Origin: Phoronis australis
Lineage: Eukaryota > Animalia > Phoronida
Direction of reading: 5' to 3'
Assembly (NCBI GenBank): GCA_002633005.1
Contig: NMRA01000211.1
Span: 570,790-634,789 of the forward strand
Length of the DNA stretch: 64,000 nt
The notes below the pieces were generated by a model. It saw only the letters and a list, made by a program, of their open reading frames with translations, had not been told where the DNA came from and searched no databases. The position numbers and the translations under genes are program-made. Positions 37,753 through 49,550 of this stretch are shown in pieces. Position 1 is the first letter of the stretch; every line of letters starts with the position of its first letter.

Positions 37753-39882
37753 GCCCGTCACATTTGTCGTATGACGGGACAGTATATGATGTGTCAGCGA
37801 CAGAAGTTAGGGAAAATCATGATAGTGAAGAGACCGTGGTACAACATTTGGGACACAAGATGGCACACAACTGACGTTTTATTTTCTGCTTTTTGCATAG
37901 AACATTAGTATCCCCAAACTATTGCTTTCTCATTTTCAAGTTTTGTACCATAGCTACCATCAAACAAAGTTTTGAAAAATTGTGAGCATTCACAACATTA
38001 GAAGCCTTTAAAAATAAACAAGAGCAACGCAGGGCGTTGAAATGCGCCCACAAATGCTCAGCAAATGGAGTGCTTCTAAGGGTATTTATTTCTATCAGAA
38101 AAATGGCCACTAGATGGCGCAAAATACGTTGAAGTCATCCGAAAACGGGAACAGGTCTTTAATAGAAAGCTATCAGATTTCATAAAAATCCGTCAAGGAA
38201 CTTCAGAGAAACAGGAAAACAGAAAAAATAAAATTGTCACCAAGGGGCACATCATTGGTCACATCCGTCTGAAAATCGTTATCATTGTCCATAGTCAACT
38301 TCATATAAATACACTTGCTAAATTTCATAAAGATTTTGCAGTGGGTTTAGGAGAGTACAGCCATGCCTGCAAAAAAACAAAAAGTGCCACAGTAGGCAAA
38401 GTCATCAGAAAAACACGGTCAACCATCCTCTTCACAATAAGAACATATGCGCTAATTTTCACAAACATCCTTAGAGTGGTGTGTAGGGTTCATAGAGGGG
38501 CAGACCCCAAAAATAGACAAGAAAACAGTAAAAATTGCCACTACATGGCGCAAAATACATCCAACCCATAACAAAATAGGAAAATGTCACCGCTTTTTTA
38601 ATAGAAACCTATATAGAAAATTTCATACAAATCCATCAAGGAACTTCAGAGAAACAGAGGAAAATGACAAAAATGAAATTGCCGGAGAATGGTGTCATAC
38701 CACTAATTGAAGCCCATGTGAAAAATTTCATGAAAATCCGTTGAGGACATTTGAAGATAGAGGTGAACATGAAAAAATAAAAATTGCCACTAGGGGGCAC
38801 ACCGATAGTCCTATCCGTCTGAAAGCCGTCGCAGTTTGTTGTCGACTTCATACAAATAGACTACCTCAGTTTAGTACAGATCCGACATAGCGTTAAGGAG
38901 ATACAGCCATGGGCACAAAAACAAACAAAATTGACACTAGGAGGCGCCACAGTAGTTGAAATCGTCAGAAAATCATCGACAGCTGTCCTCGTCATAGTAA
39001 CAACCTATATGCCAATTTTCATAATCATCCTTGGAGTAGTTTGGTTGATAGAGGGGCAGACGGCAAAAAACAGACTCGAAGACAACAAAAATGGCCACTA
39101 GGTGGTTCAAAATACCGCAAATATATCTGAAAACGAGAGGTTAGCGTCATCTCACTGATAGAAGCCTATATTTCAAATTTTATGAAAATCATTTGAGGAT
39201 CTCTGAAGATATAGAAATAAGCCTAAAGAATGAAATTGCCACTAGGGGGCGCAACGGTAGTCGGATAGGTCTGAAATTCGTCATCATCTGTCGTCAGCTT
39301 CATAGAAACACATCTACCAAATCTCTTCCAAGATCCTGTGAGGGGTTTAGGAGATACAGATGCGGACGCACATAAATATGTGGGCGCATAAAAATGGACC
39401 GTTTTGGCAATTATTATGGTCTGAAATGAGTGAGATTTTACCGCATTGCATGCCAAGAACAGCATTGGGAAATTTTGAACTTGTTCAAAATCATTTCAAC
39501 GTCGTACAACAGTTCTAAAACAGATCTATATCGTAACACTGTGGTGCGATGCCTCACATTTGTTGTATGACAGTTGTACAACTGACATACGATCTTTGGG
39601 TTATCCGAGAGTCTAGGATAGTCCTACAATCGTACTAGACAAACGACAGTCCCCCAAACGTTTAACCATCACGCACATGCTCTGGGACCATCGAGCATTA
39701 AAAATATGACTACGTATCATTGGATGTCAAGCATAAAATATGTCTTGCAACACCTTGGTTTAATGTCGTAGGACATTTGTACAACAATTGTGACTGCGAA
39801 TATGTCAATACAGAAGACTATCGTACAGTACAACAGCATTTTTGTTGCCCTGCTAGCATCATACCACGAATGTGACAGGGGC
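37753..39882. mobile_element. TIR element flanked by TTAA, hosting a nested repeat array
   Basis: TTAA|GCCCGTCACATTTGTCGTATGA ... TCATACCACGAATGTGACAGGGGC|TTAA. Confidence 0.6.
38030..39375 (+). repeat. Array of about nine 130-150 bp diverged subunits, each with a CCACTAGRKGGCGC-type motif (Helentron-like repeat)
   Basis: Motif at 38107, 38237, 38538, 38787, 38934, 39095 and 39239, alternating with AAATTTCAT.AA.ATCC blocks. Confidence 0.75.
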
Positions 39883-41058
39883 TTAAGCAGCATCTGTATA
39901 CAGTTGACAGTTCCATTCCATTTTACAAAGCATTCATGACAATTCTGGTTAAAGAACAAACAGTACCTCTACTATAGAGAACATAACATGAAAATTCACA
40001 GCTTGAGGCTAGATTAAATGCATTTAAATTTACTACTGTCACATGCATGCATTTTTCTTCTTGACATAAACATCGTATATTATCCAGTGTTTTAACATCA
40101 CATTAAAAGCATTTTGTTCCAGTGTTCTGTTCAAAACCATATTGAAAGTAAACAACAAATTTACAGGGCTCATTTTTGGAGCACACTACATGCCCTGGGC
40201 ACAATTAAATGTCATACGACATACTGAAATCTTGTCTCGCACATCATTTGGTATGTTCGTTTTTCTCCCCCTCCAACATTTAAGTAGAACTTGCTCTGAT
40301 TATGATTGTCAAACTATTAATGCACATCGTACTTTAGTTTTCTCAAAGCCCATTAAAGACTTAAGATAAAAGTACGATTTTGGTATATTTTTGGACAATT
40401 ACTCCTATTTTTGTTACTCTCAGAGTTGAGTGGAATAGTGTTTTTTCAAAAACAAGAAGAGTTGGTCTAAAATCGGAGCACCATGGTGCATCTGTATGAG
40501 GTGACTCGCATGCACATAATTGCGAAGCTTAAGTACATGCACATATATGTGCGGAACATTTGAGTAGGAAAGTTTGGCAAAAATGCATTGACTTGTTTCA
40601 CATGCGCTTATTTGCGGGTTTTTACGGTAATTATAATCCACTGATAAATAATTTAGTTGAACTTTGAAGTGCAATTTAACAATACAAACCAACTGTGCCT
40701 CCAACAGCTGAGTCTAGTTGTGATTCCGCAACCTCATTGTATTGTCTTGAAGACTTGGCATACTCCCTGAGGACGAAGAAACATCGACACATTAAAGGCG
40801 AAGGCAACATTTTTTCATGTCATTTTGAGCTAAAATAAGGTTGGTTGGTTATCCTAGACATTTTCCACTTAATTACAGCTTTTCGTAATTTTGTTAGTTA
40901 CTCGTCCGCTACTCCGGAAGTGACGTTTTAGGAGGCAAGCATTTCGCGCCAACTTCTTTTCATGTAGTCTGACTGTGAGAGCTGCCGAGTCAGTCATTGT
41001 TCTACCTCGGTTGTGTTAAGTTACGTCGTCGTTTGCTTTCATTTACTAGTCAGTCAAC

Positions 41059-41855
41059 ATGTCACACTGTTGCTGCGTATCGGGATGTACTAATTATCGT
41101 CTCACGCGTGCTTTGGGAGTACCTTAGCATCGCTTTCCGATGGATGACACACTTCGCCGTACTTGGCTCGTTCGTGTGAAGAACGCAGCGTTACCCGTCC
41201 ACGCAACATACAAAGCAGTCGAGAATTACCGTGTGTGTGGCAAGCACTTTCTGCCGTCCGATTACGAAAGGGATTTGTACGCTGAACTAATGAAGGTCCC
41301 TGCGAAACAACGCCTGAAGAAGGATGCCATTCCGTCTGTGTTGATTCCCGGCAGTGCCCCGTCGCCACCCTAGAGAAGTGCGTTTCTGAAGAGAGAAGCC
41401 TCGCGAGCTGTGGCCAGTACAGTGACTGGAGACAGTGGAGGCACTTCATCCACTGTCACCCGTGCCTCCGAACGTACCCCAGAGCGTGCCATTCCTGGAA
41501 CCAGTAGTGATTCGCCCTGTGCTGTTTTCTCCAGCCCAGAGCCTCTAAGCAGCCCTGCAGCGATATTGAGTAGTGGGAGTGATTACAGGCCCAGTTCGAC
41601 ACCCAGTGAAGAGGACAGTTCGTCGTCCAGTGAACAGATCGGTGAGCCAAACTTTGATAAGTTTATTGTGGACTTGTCTAAAGTGTTGGAGCTATTTAGA
41701 AGGTGCCAGGTGTGTGGCGAGGGAGTCACACGACACGATGTAAGCAGTTTGGGTGCTCAGGTCACCATCCAGTGGGAGTGTGTCGCGGGACACTCTGGCA
41801 AGTGGGACAGTTGTTCCTCTGTCCGTGGTATGCCGGAGGTCCACTTAACCGTGTC
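41059..41855 (+). pseudogene. Kolobok transposase N-terminus (THAP + Cys/His motif), truncated before the DDE core
   Basis: A single frame with two TAG stops: MSHCCCVSGCTN..HRFP..W..VCGKHF..RLKKDAIPS (THAP), then KFIVDLSKVLELFRRCQVCG..WECVAGHSGKWDS. Confidence 0.85.
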
Positions 41856-42152
41856 CAGTAGTGGCTTGGCCTCGTCGAACTCTGAACAGCACAAGCATTC
41901 CATTGAGGTAGGCATAACAACGCACACAGTGCATTTGCACCAAGATGTGTCACCACGTCTGTCCTCAGTAGCCGCCTCGTTTCTCTCAACAGCTGCCTGT
42001 GCCTGTGCGTACTCTGCCTCGTTATACTCGGGCTCAAACATGTACCCACCCACTGAATGTCCGTGAAAAAATTCCTCGTCACCACTGCTGTGAACAAGGT
42101 CTCCGTCACTCACACTTCTGTCACTGTGATACGGGTCACCGACTCCAGCCAT
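41856..42152 (-). pseudogene. 5' part of KolX-like Cys-rich accessory gene (P2X7 ballast/nanor-like)
   Basis: MAG..GYMFEPEY..RGDTSWCKCTVCVVMPTSMECLCCSE. The WCxCxxCxxMP..ECLCCxE pattern matches the P2X7 C-terminal Zn cluster. Confidence 0.75.
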
Positions 42153-44060
42153 TTTCAGCTTACAACACACTAAACAATCCCTAAATCCAACGTAGTTGAG
42201 TTCTCTACTAACCTATCTTGCCGCAGAATACTCGCCGATGGAAAGTGGTGGCGACAATTCTTGAAAACAGCACAAAACAAAAGTAGAATAGAACAGATTC
42301 GCACGGTAAACTCAACGCAAAACCAAGTGGCGGGAAACGCTTGCCTCCTAAAACGTCACTTCCGGAGTAAAGGACGAGTAATTAATAAAATTACGAAAAG
42401 CTGTAATTAAGTGGAAAATATGTCTAGGATAACCAACCATCCTTATTTTAGCTCAAAATGACATGAAAAAAGGTTGCCTTCGCCTTTAACGTCGAAGCCT
42501 ATGCACCATGCGTGGCTTTAGGATACACCTGTCAAGAGTGTGCATACTACCTCAAGTGATTGCTTAACAGTTACATAAATACAAAATGTAAAATGTGTCA
42601 AATAGGGATAGTAACTGCGCTATTACTGTTTAACGGGGTTTGACACAGTTTGCCAAAAAGTTGAAAAGCAGTAGTCTAGTTGCCAAAAAGTTGACCCTGC
42701 AAAGTTGTTTACTGCAAAGTTTTCGTTTGGAAATTTATTATATATGGTTAGGAGAATAAAAGTAACTTGGTTGCACTTTGTGCAAATTTGAGCATTTTTT
42801 ATAATTCAAGATGGCGGCTTCCGGCATCTTGAATTTCGCCTAATTTCCACATTCTGTACATGATACCGTGTAGAATCATGCAATTCATGGTTTCCAATGT
42901 TCAATGGATGAGATTTACCAGAAACAATCTAAAGATTCTTTACTATACCACAAAAATGATACAATTGCATTAATCACAACTAATTAAAAGCCCTGTCCAT
43001 CAAATTGATAGCAGCTTAAGCACTAATCAGGAGACAGTGTCAATTCTTGAACAGTGGTAATGAAATTATTACATACTTCAGTCGACGTGATATGGTAGAG
43101 GAAGTAACTTCCATTGATTCGGCCATCTCTTGTCGTGTGAAGTTTGCCTTTATCATACACTCTAAGTGAGATGAGGTTATGTCAAACTTTGATGGCACCC
43201 AAATATGGTTGCCCCTGCAATGTACATGTGTTTTCACATGTAATACACATCACTCACTGAAATGTTAAACAAAAGAATAGAGAGCTTTCCTATATGGCCA
43301 GTTACAGGATACCAAATACCACATATATTCGTAAACAATATCACGCTGAAATGCACACAGGTGAGTTTTGGTCATGTAAAACGAGGGACATCTGCATGGA
43401 ATCATTTTCAAATACGTTTTTGGTATTAATTGTTCAGTAACCAGTCATCCGTAAGTTCTCTATTAACTCGTGCAATAAATGTGGCAGCAATGAACACCGA
43501 GTCATTCACATAGGAATAACCTGAAAATGCTATTACCCACAGTAGAGGGGTCTCAAGGTAAAGGTGACATGCTGGTTCCTTTAATAAGCACCGGTTAAAT
43601 TGTTAAAATTACACTGTGTTAAAAAGAGGTAATCATATTACTAGTATTCATTCAATAGATTTACAAGGCCAAAACTACAATACGCAAACAATAATGCTCA
43701 CTTGATTCATATTCAGCTTGATCTGCCTCCTCCATTAACCTCCTAGCAAAATTCAATAGTTTTGCTGCATAAGCCTGATCAACACAGCCACCAAAAACAG
43801 CATTTTGTATACTTCCAGTTAAACTCGTCAACCTGTAAAATAACAATAAGTTATTTATCAAACTGTTACTATTGTAGGGTCAGGCACATTGCAAGACACT
43901 GAGAATATTTTTGTCTCAACATCAATTTCCGTGTAATAGATGGCTGGGCCAAATCCATTAATCATAGGAAACGACTCAAACATGAGAGTAAACTCGCCGC
44001 AAGAGCTTTTTGAAGAAATGTGTGCGTCCTGTTATAGCGACTGGAGCAAATTTTTAGTAA

Positions 44061-44828
44061 AGAGAACCACCCCTCCCTTCTGATGAAATTAACCCAAACA
44101 AAAGGCGGTTTTTGAGGCCGAAACTTGTCTTGCAGCTGCTGTACGTGAACTTGGAATCCTGCTTAATCTCAAGATTAAGCGGAAGTGAGTGTTGCGTGAA
44201 CTTGGAATACGCGAAGCAACTTGACAAGTTCACTCAAATAATCACGTTCATGTTCATAAAAATTTGCACTGCATTCAAATCAAGTTACAATTGAATAAAA
44301 TAGTGTCAATTTTAACCAACCTTTCCAACTACGAGCGATCAGTTTCACCACCCAATAATCAATTAACCCTTCACATATTCCACCTGTTCAGCGACACAAG
44401 TTACGGTAAAGGAGAAAATGGTTGATCGCGAGGCCAATAATTACAAAAATCCTTTTCACCGAACAAAAATTTCACCTTTTTGCCTTAAAGAATATTCAAT
44501 TCCAAGTTCACGCGACACTCACTTCTGCTTAATCTTGAGATTAAGCAGGATTCCAAGTTCACGCACAGCACAGCCACATAGCAAGCACTGAAACCTGGGG
44601 CTACATCAGTCTCCCTTTTGTGAATTTAGGTCAGAGGTATATATGTATACGAATGTGTCCCTCTATGATTTTTTGTGTCACTGATTACAAAAGGGAATTT
44701 CTGGTTTCCAAGTAGGTTGGATACCTTTTTGGTAGCCAAATTCTGACCTCTTGGTGGCGCACTTTCACTAGAGTAGAGAACCACCCCTCCCTTCTGATGA
44801 AATTAACCCAAACAAAAGGCGGTTTTTG
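44061..44828. repeat. Perfect 54-bp direct repeat (44061-44114 = 44775-44828)
   Basis: AGAGAACCACCCCTCCC...AAAAGGCGGTTTTTG is identical at both sites. Confidence 0.9.
44137..44570. mobile_element. 434-bp MITE with about 70-bp TIRs and 4-bp TSD
   Basis: TGCTGTACGTGAACTTGGAATCCTGCTTAATCTCAAGATTAAGC... is inverted at 44499-44570. CAGC on both flanks. Confidence 0.8.
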
Positions 44829-45779
44829 GTAAAATTTATGTCAAAAGGTGAGTTTTTCTATGAGTTTCTTACAGATGGGACCCTTTGCCGGTACTGCGAT
44901 ATAGAGTCCACTCCCTAAATGGGTGTGCATCATAATTTTCCAAATCAGAAGTACCTTCCCGACTTCCCGTAGTAGTCTTTAGACTCATAGTTAATTGTCA
45001 ACACGGGGTAGGACTCTATTCGTTTGCACAACCTCCACTGATACTATAGTACACAAATTGAGCACACCTGGCCAACAAAAAGGACAACTTACTTCGCTTT
45101 CATTAAAGTGACGGTTTCTTGCAACACTTGGTCCATTGAAATATGTCTACAGCAACACTCCAGGTCACGTTTACAATCGACAACAAATTCAGACATCGTG
45201 ACATCGATCCCAGTACACAAGCTTGCACCACGAAGTTTGGCATTATAAGTGTCGCGCTTCTTCTGACCGCCATGTTGGCTTAACTCTTTTGCACTCGACA
45301 CGCGCTTACGCTTTGCTGTTGGTCGTACTCATGTTTGGTGAAAGGAATTCCTGGAATGCACCATCACAAGAAATTGTCGTCGCCGTACCCATCATCGTTA
45401 TTAGTACTTGCTGATCGTACAAATTCCTTGAAGTCATCCAATGCACATTTCCGGGACACTTCCGTGTTCAGTAACTCTTGTTTTTGTCTCTTGGAATACT
45501 AAGTCGATATATGATTGACAGCCTTCGTTCTTGTCAGTCACCTCAAAACATGACGATCTTATTGGTTTAGTCAACACACTGTAAAACCTTAACACTGGTT
45601 GGTTCTTTTAAGAACATCCACACGAGTTCGACAGCATCATTGACGCGTCAGCGTGTCAAAAATGACTCGTCACGTGTCAGGAAAGACCCGTCACAAGGTG
45701 ACGCTAGTGGCGTTCCATATATGCGAGCATCACCGTCTCAACTACTACTCAGAGACGTTGGCACAGTCTATGGGCATAT

Positions 45780-46250
45780 CCTACAAATTTCCCAAAGTTC
45801 TTACAAAGGTTAAGGAAATTCAGCAGCCGACGCAAAAAGCACTGACCCCACTACAGTAGACGGCGTCAGAGTACTCAAACACGTCCGAAAATCAACATCG
45901 ATTGCGGTTCCTTCACCAGGGACACACCTGCTGATTTTCCTAAGGATAATTCAAGCGGTATGGCAGATAAGAAGACTGACGATCAAAACGGACTCAAAAC
46001 CTTAAAATTGTCTACTAGGTGGCCCAGAATTGTCAAAGTAGTTCGAAAATAGACAGTGTTGTCGTTTCGCCCAATTTCATGAAAATTCATTTAGGAAATC
46101 CTAAGATACGAAGAAAAAATCAAATTGCGACTAGGGGGCACAGCGGTAGTCGTTAGCTTCATACAAACATCAGTCAAATCTCATTAAGATCCTATTGGAG
46201 TTTGGGCGAAACAGTAGCGGACACCGGACGCCCAGACAGAGATAAAGACT
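45780..46250 (+). repeat. Helentron-like repeat, positional paralog of 2100-2565
   Basis: Colinear with 2120-2535 (AAGGTTAAGGAAATTCAG..., TTCAAGCGGT.TG.CAGATA, GCGGAC..GACGCCCA). Confidence 0.6.
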
Positions 46251-46799
46251 TACAAATGATACGATACCAGTCACCGGACTTTGACGTTTTTCCGAAATAT
46301 TGAAAGGTCGTCTTTGTCATCTACAAATTAATGACTTGGAATTTGTACTAACTTATCAACAAATTTAAAGGCCCATGAGTCTACCGATTGCACAGACTTG
46401 AACAACCCGTGCTTGGTGGGTGTGTCACTGACATACGCTACGGAGATGTCTTATTTTTGAGAGTTATTTCTTGGAAACCATAAAACCTTCATGTTCGAGC
46501 CGGGTTAGATGTGGCGCAGATTTATGAACCCGTTAAATTTCGAGCCCGAATCTCGTGACAGAAGTTACAGATTAGAACCTGGACGATGATAAATATTGGT
46601 TGCACTTGATTGAGTTGTGCATCTCCGCAGGATAAGACGTCTCAGATATCTAATTGGTCTGTAAGTTGGTAGTTGTCATCGAAAACCAATTAGATGTGTT
46701 AGCTGCTTAACCCAGCTACCCGGCCGGCCAACTCCATCAAGGGAACCCATTGTTAACACACTTTAGGGCAGCGCGGCAGCTAATGCACGTTTTACTTAC

Positions 46800-47130
46800 C
46801 AGGACTACAGCTTCTCTTCCCTTGCCCTTCAGCTTCATAGTAGTCCCATCCTTTTTCATCATTCAAAAACCCAGGATAGTAATGGCTAATGCAATACTCC
46901 TCGCACAGTCCGAGGCGGCTGTAGTAAGCAAACGCGTCACAAGACCTGTCGCTTTCACAACCTGCTACGCAGTGTAACCGTGAAAGAACATGGCGGGTAA
47001 CATTGACGGAGCCAAATCTTCGTGTGTTGGCAAAATATTTTAAATTGGTGATACATTTGCCAGGAGTCGCAGCCTCGGTTGCAAGAAAAAGAAAAAACGC
47101 AACTCGTAATGACGGCAAGACAGACATCAT
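46800..47130 (-). CDS. Lectin copy B exon 1: signal peptide + PAN/apple domain
   Basis: Signal-like MMSVLPSLRVAFFLFLATEAA, PAN-type SRLHCVAGCESDRSCDAFAY..LC..GWDYY, and a consensus phase-1 donor G|GTAAGT. Confidence 0.88.
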
Positions 47131-49550
47131 GCCGCTAAGACGGTTTGCCAGTTAAAACTGATTTGAGAATCGATTGGAATGTGATGCAGCTACGCATCAT
47201 TAAAGCGTTATGAAAATCATGGTGGTTACACATTATTACCGATCGCTTATGAACACAATCGAAACTTAATACGTTGGGATAGTTTGTAGTTTCGTTTGTA
47301 GTTGGGCGGAATTTGGCGAATCGAAAAACTAAACAGGATCAACATTTAAGGATGAACTCAGAATTGTTATGGGTTTGTGTTCATACGGCTTATACACTGT
47401 AACTTATATTTTATTTTTAACAACACAGTTAGGCTGGATACAATCTAATCGCAGGGATTAGAGGAGTTATGGAACAAAAGAGAGCTGTTCCTCCAATCGT
47501 AAATACCAGAACGGAGTTAGTCATTCGTGTAAGATACTGGCTACGCAGGTTAACCGCCCAACTTGTTCGTTTGCTATCCGATCGAACAAGTTGGGGTCAA
47601 CAGGAGAACGCCGTAATTTTTTTCCAAAATCGATAAGAGCTGCATTTAAAAATGTCAGTAATATTTTAAATTAGTTTTCCATACAATAAAAACTAACGAT
47701 TCTGTAACTTGAACATCTCGGTACAAATAGAACACGGAGGATTGCATTGTGTGAAAATCAATTGCATAGTGTTTTCAAACACAATCTCCTGCGAAGGGAT
47801 GTCTATAATAATAATGGCAGGGTAGTGTTTATTAAGGTAGTGAACATTTGAATTGAATTGCTTTTATAAGTTTCCTTTTTTAAAATAAGTAAGCAGTTGG
47901 GATACAAAATATAAGAAGGTAATTATTCTACAAGGTATTCATGCAATGGACATGCATTGAAAACCAGTGCTTAAATGAATAAATAAACATGACACCTTAG
48001 TAAAAATAAAGTTGTGCTACATTTTAACTGCAGTGAACAAGAATTTCTCATTGGTTTTTTGTTTCGGTTGTTATAGCAATTAACATTGTTTTGGAAATAA
48101 CATGGAATTTAGTTAGGTGAAAGCGTGTAGTATGGACATATTGACAATGTCTTCAAACAGATGAATCTTTAAAAATTTGCATATTGGATTTGTATGTACA
48201 AACTAATGTGAATGAATTAGTGATTATTCTTTAAGCTAGTTTTTGCAGGATTTCTAATGTGCTGATATTTTAAATCCCCATATCGTGAAACTTAATATTG
48301 ATTGAGCATGGATCAAGGTAAGGTAAATCGTAGTCAGTGCTAATAAAGTCCGGTATGTAATTTTATGTTACCTGTGGTCGAGTTCATAACGTAATCTGTA
48401 AACTCATCCACAAGTAATGGCATTTTTGTTTGGAGTTTCGAGACCTCTATTAGCTAAGAGTTTATTGTGCATCTCGATATGAAAGAGTAAACATTGATAC
48501 GTTTTAAACTTGTGTGAAACATCAAGACTTTTGTGATGTATATATAACTAACATGCCATGAGTACTTCAATCTGGCAGATGAAATGAAAAAGCACTTTTT
48601 GAAGACCACCATGAATGGCTCTCAAGAGATCAAATTTTTGGTTGAGCGACTGAGTATTGACGATCAGTATTTTGAATTATTCTTTATATAATTGCAGAAA
48701 TTCTTTCAAAACGTCAGTGTCATACTAGTTGGATTTGTTGATTTGAAACGCATTTTCGTTATCTCGATTGCTAAGTGTATCGATTAAATTATTGCCAAAG
48801 ACTCCTCGATAATGTTTGAACACTTTCCTAGGATTAAGAGTTAGATTTTCAATATTAATTAGGTTGGTCATAAAGCTTGTGTCCAGTCATATTTGGTTGT
48901 GTCAGTCATGAAATATTTGCAAAGGTACGAAACATGAACAGTCATATAAAACACAAATATATGGTGATTTATATTTTTCTCCGTTTGGAACCAGTCCAGT
49001 AATTCCTTTGTGCAGGATTGACATCGACTTCCTAGTCTCCTCATTGGACAATTGCTATTACATGTACGTGCCTCAGTTTGATCAGCTCTTGGCTCTTGGA
49101 GGGTGATGATTGTCACGTGCCCTTACGTATTTTTATCATACAATCTCGTGTTTCAGTTCAACTTCTTCGTGACGGCCACATCGACGTGCGTCTAAAACTT
49201 ATCCATTTGACCCAACCTCTACCATCCCCATTTCGACATTTCGTCGTACCTCCATGTAGCCTGTGCGTTTTATTGCCCATCTTACCATAAGTTATTATTA
49301 TTCTCTATTGTATTCATTGAAATTTTATTACGTCTTGATGAATTACCTTATGTCACCTTCCTCGGTCTCCATTTCATATCTGGTAACGAGTTTCTTCTAG
49401 CATGCTCGGATTTGGTTACAAAAAACACAACCTACGCTGTTTAGCACAACTATATATTTCCGGTCTCATGAACCCACTGGCCTTCATATATAACTCTAGT
49501 TAAAATTCTGCATGCTACACATGGCTAACAAATTAATATACCAAATACAT

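Larger units (their letters stand above)
40796..42485 (+). mobile_element. Internally deleted Kolobok DNA transposon (1690 bp)
   Basis: About 155-bp near-identical TIRs starting AGGCGAAGGCAAC, TTAA on both sides (40792-40795 and 42486-42489), and two convergent truncated genes. Confidence 0.9.
36850..43833 (-). pseudogene. Spliced IS3EU-like (integrase-core DDE) transposase pseudogene interrupted by nested elements
   Basis: Exon-like blocks at 43833-43700 and 43215-43075 (HTH-like FDIT..FTRQEMAESMEVTSSTISRRLK). Block 37470-37030 has [36 protein letters not shown]. Contains stops and deletions. Confidence 0.75.
16413..47130 (-). other. Lectin copy B, complete 4-exon gene model: signal peptide-PAN/apple-F-type lectin, about 254 aa
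   Basis: Exon lengths 331+204+225+5 nt = 765 nt splice in frame through GT-AG phase-1 introns of 18.9, 9.8 and 1.2 kb. Extra small exons in intron 1 cannot be excluded. Confidence 0.75.

Noticed and set aside
41410-42170. Genuine overlapping sense/antisense gene pair
   Set aside because: Explained by the deletion junction joining two truncated convergent Kolobok genes.
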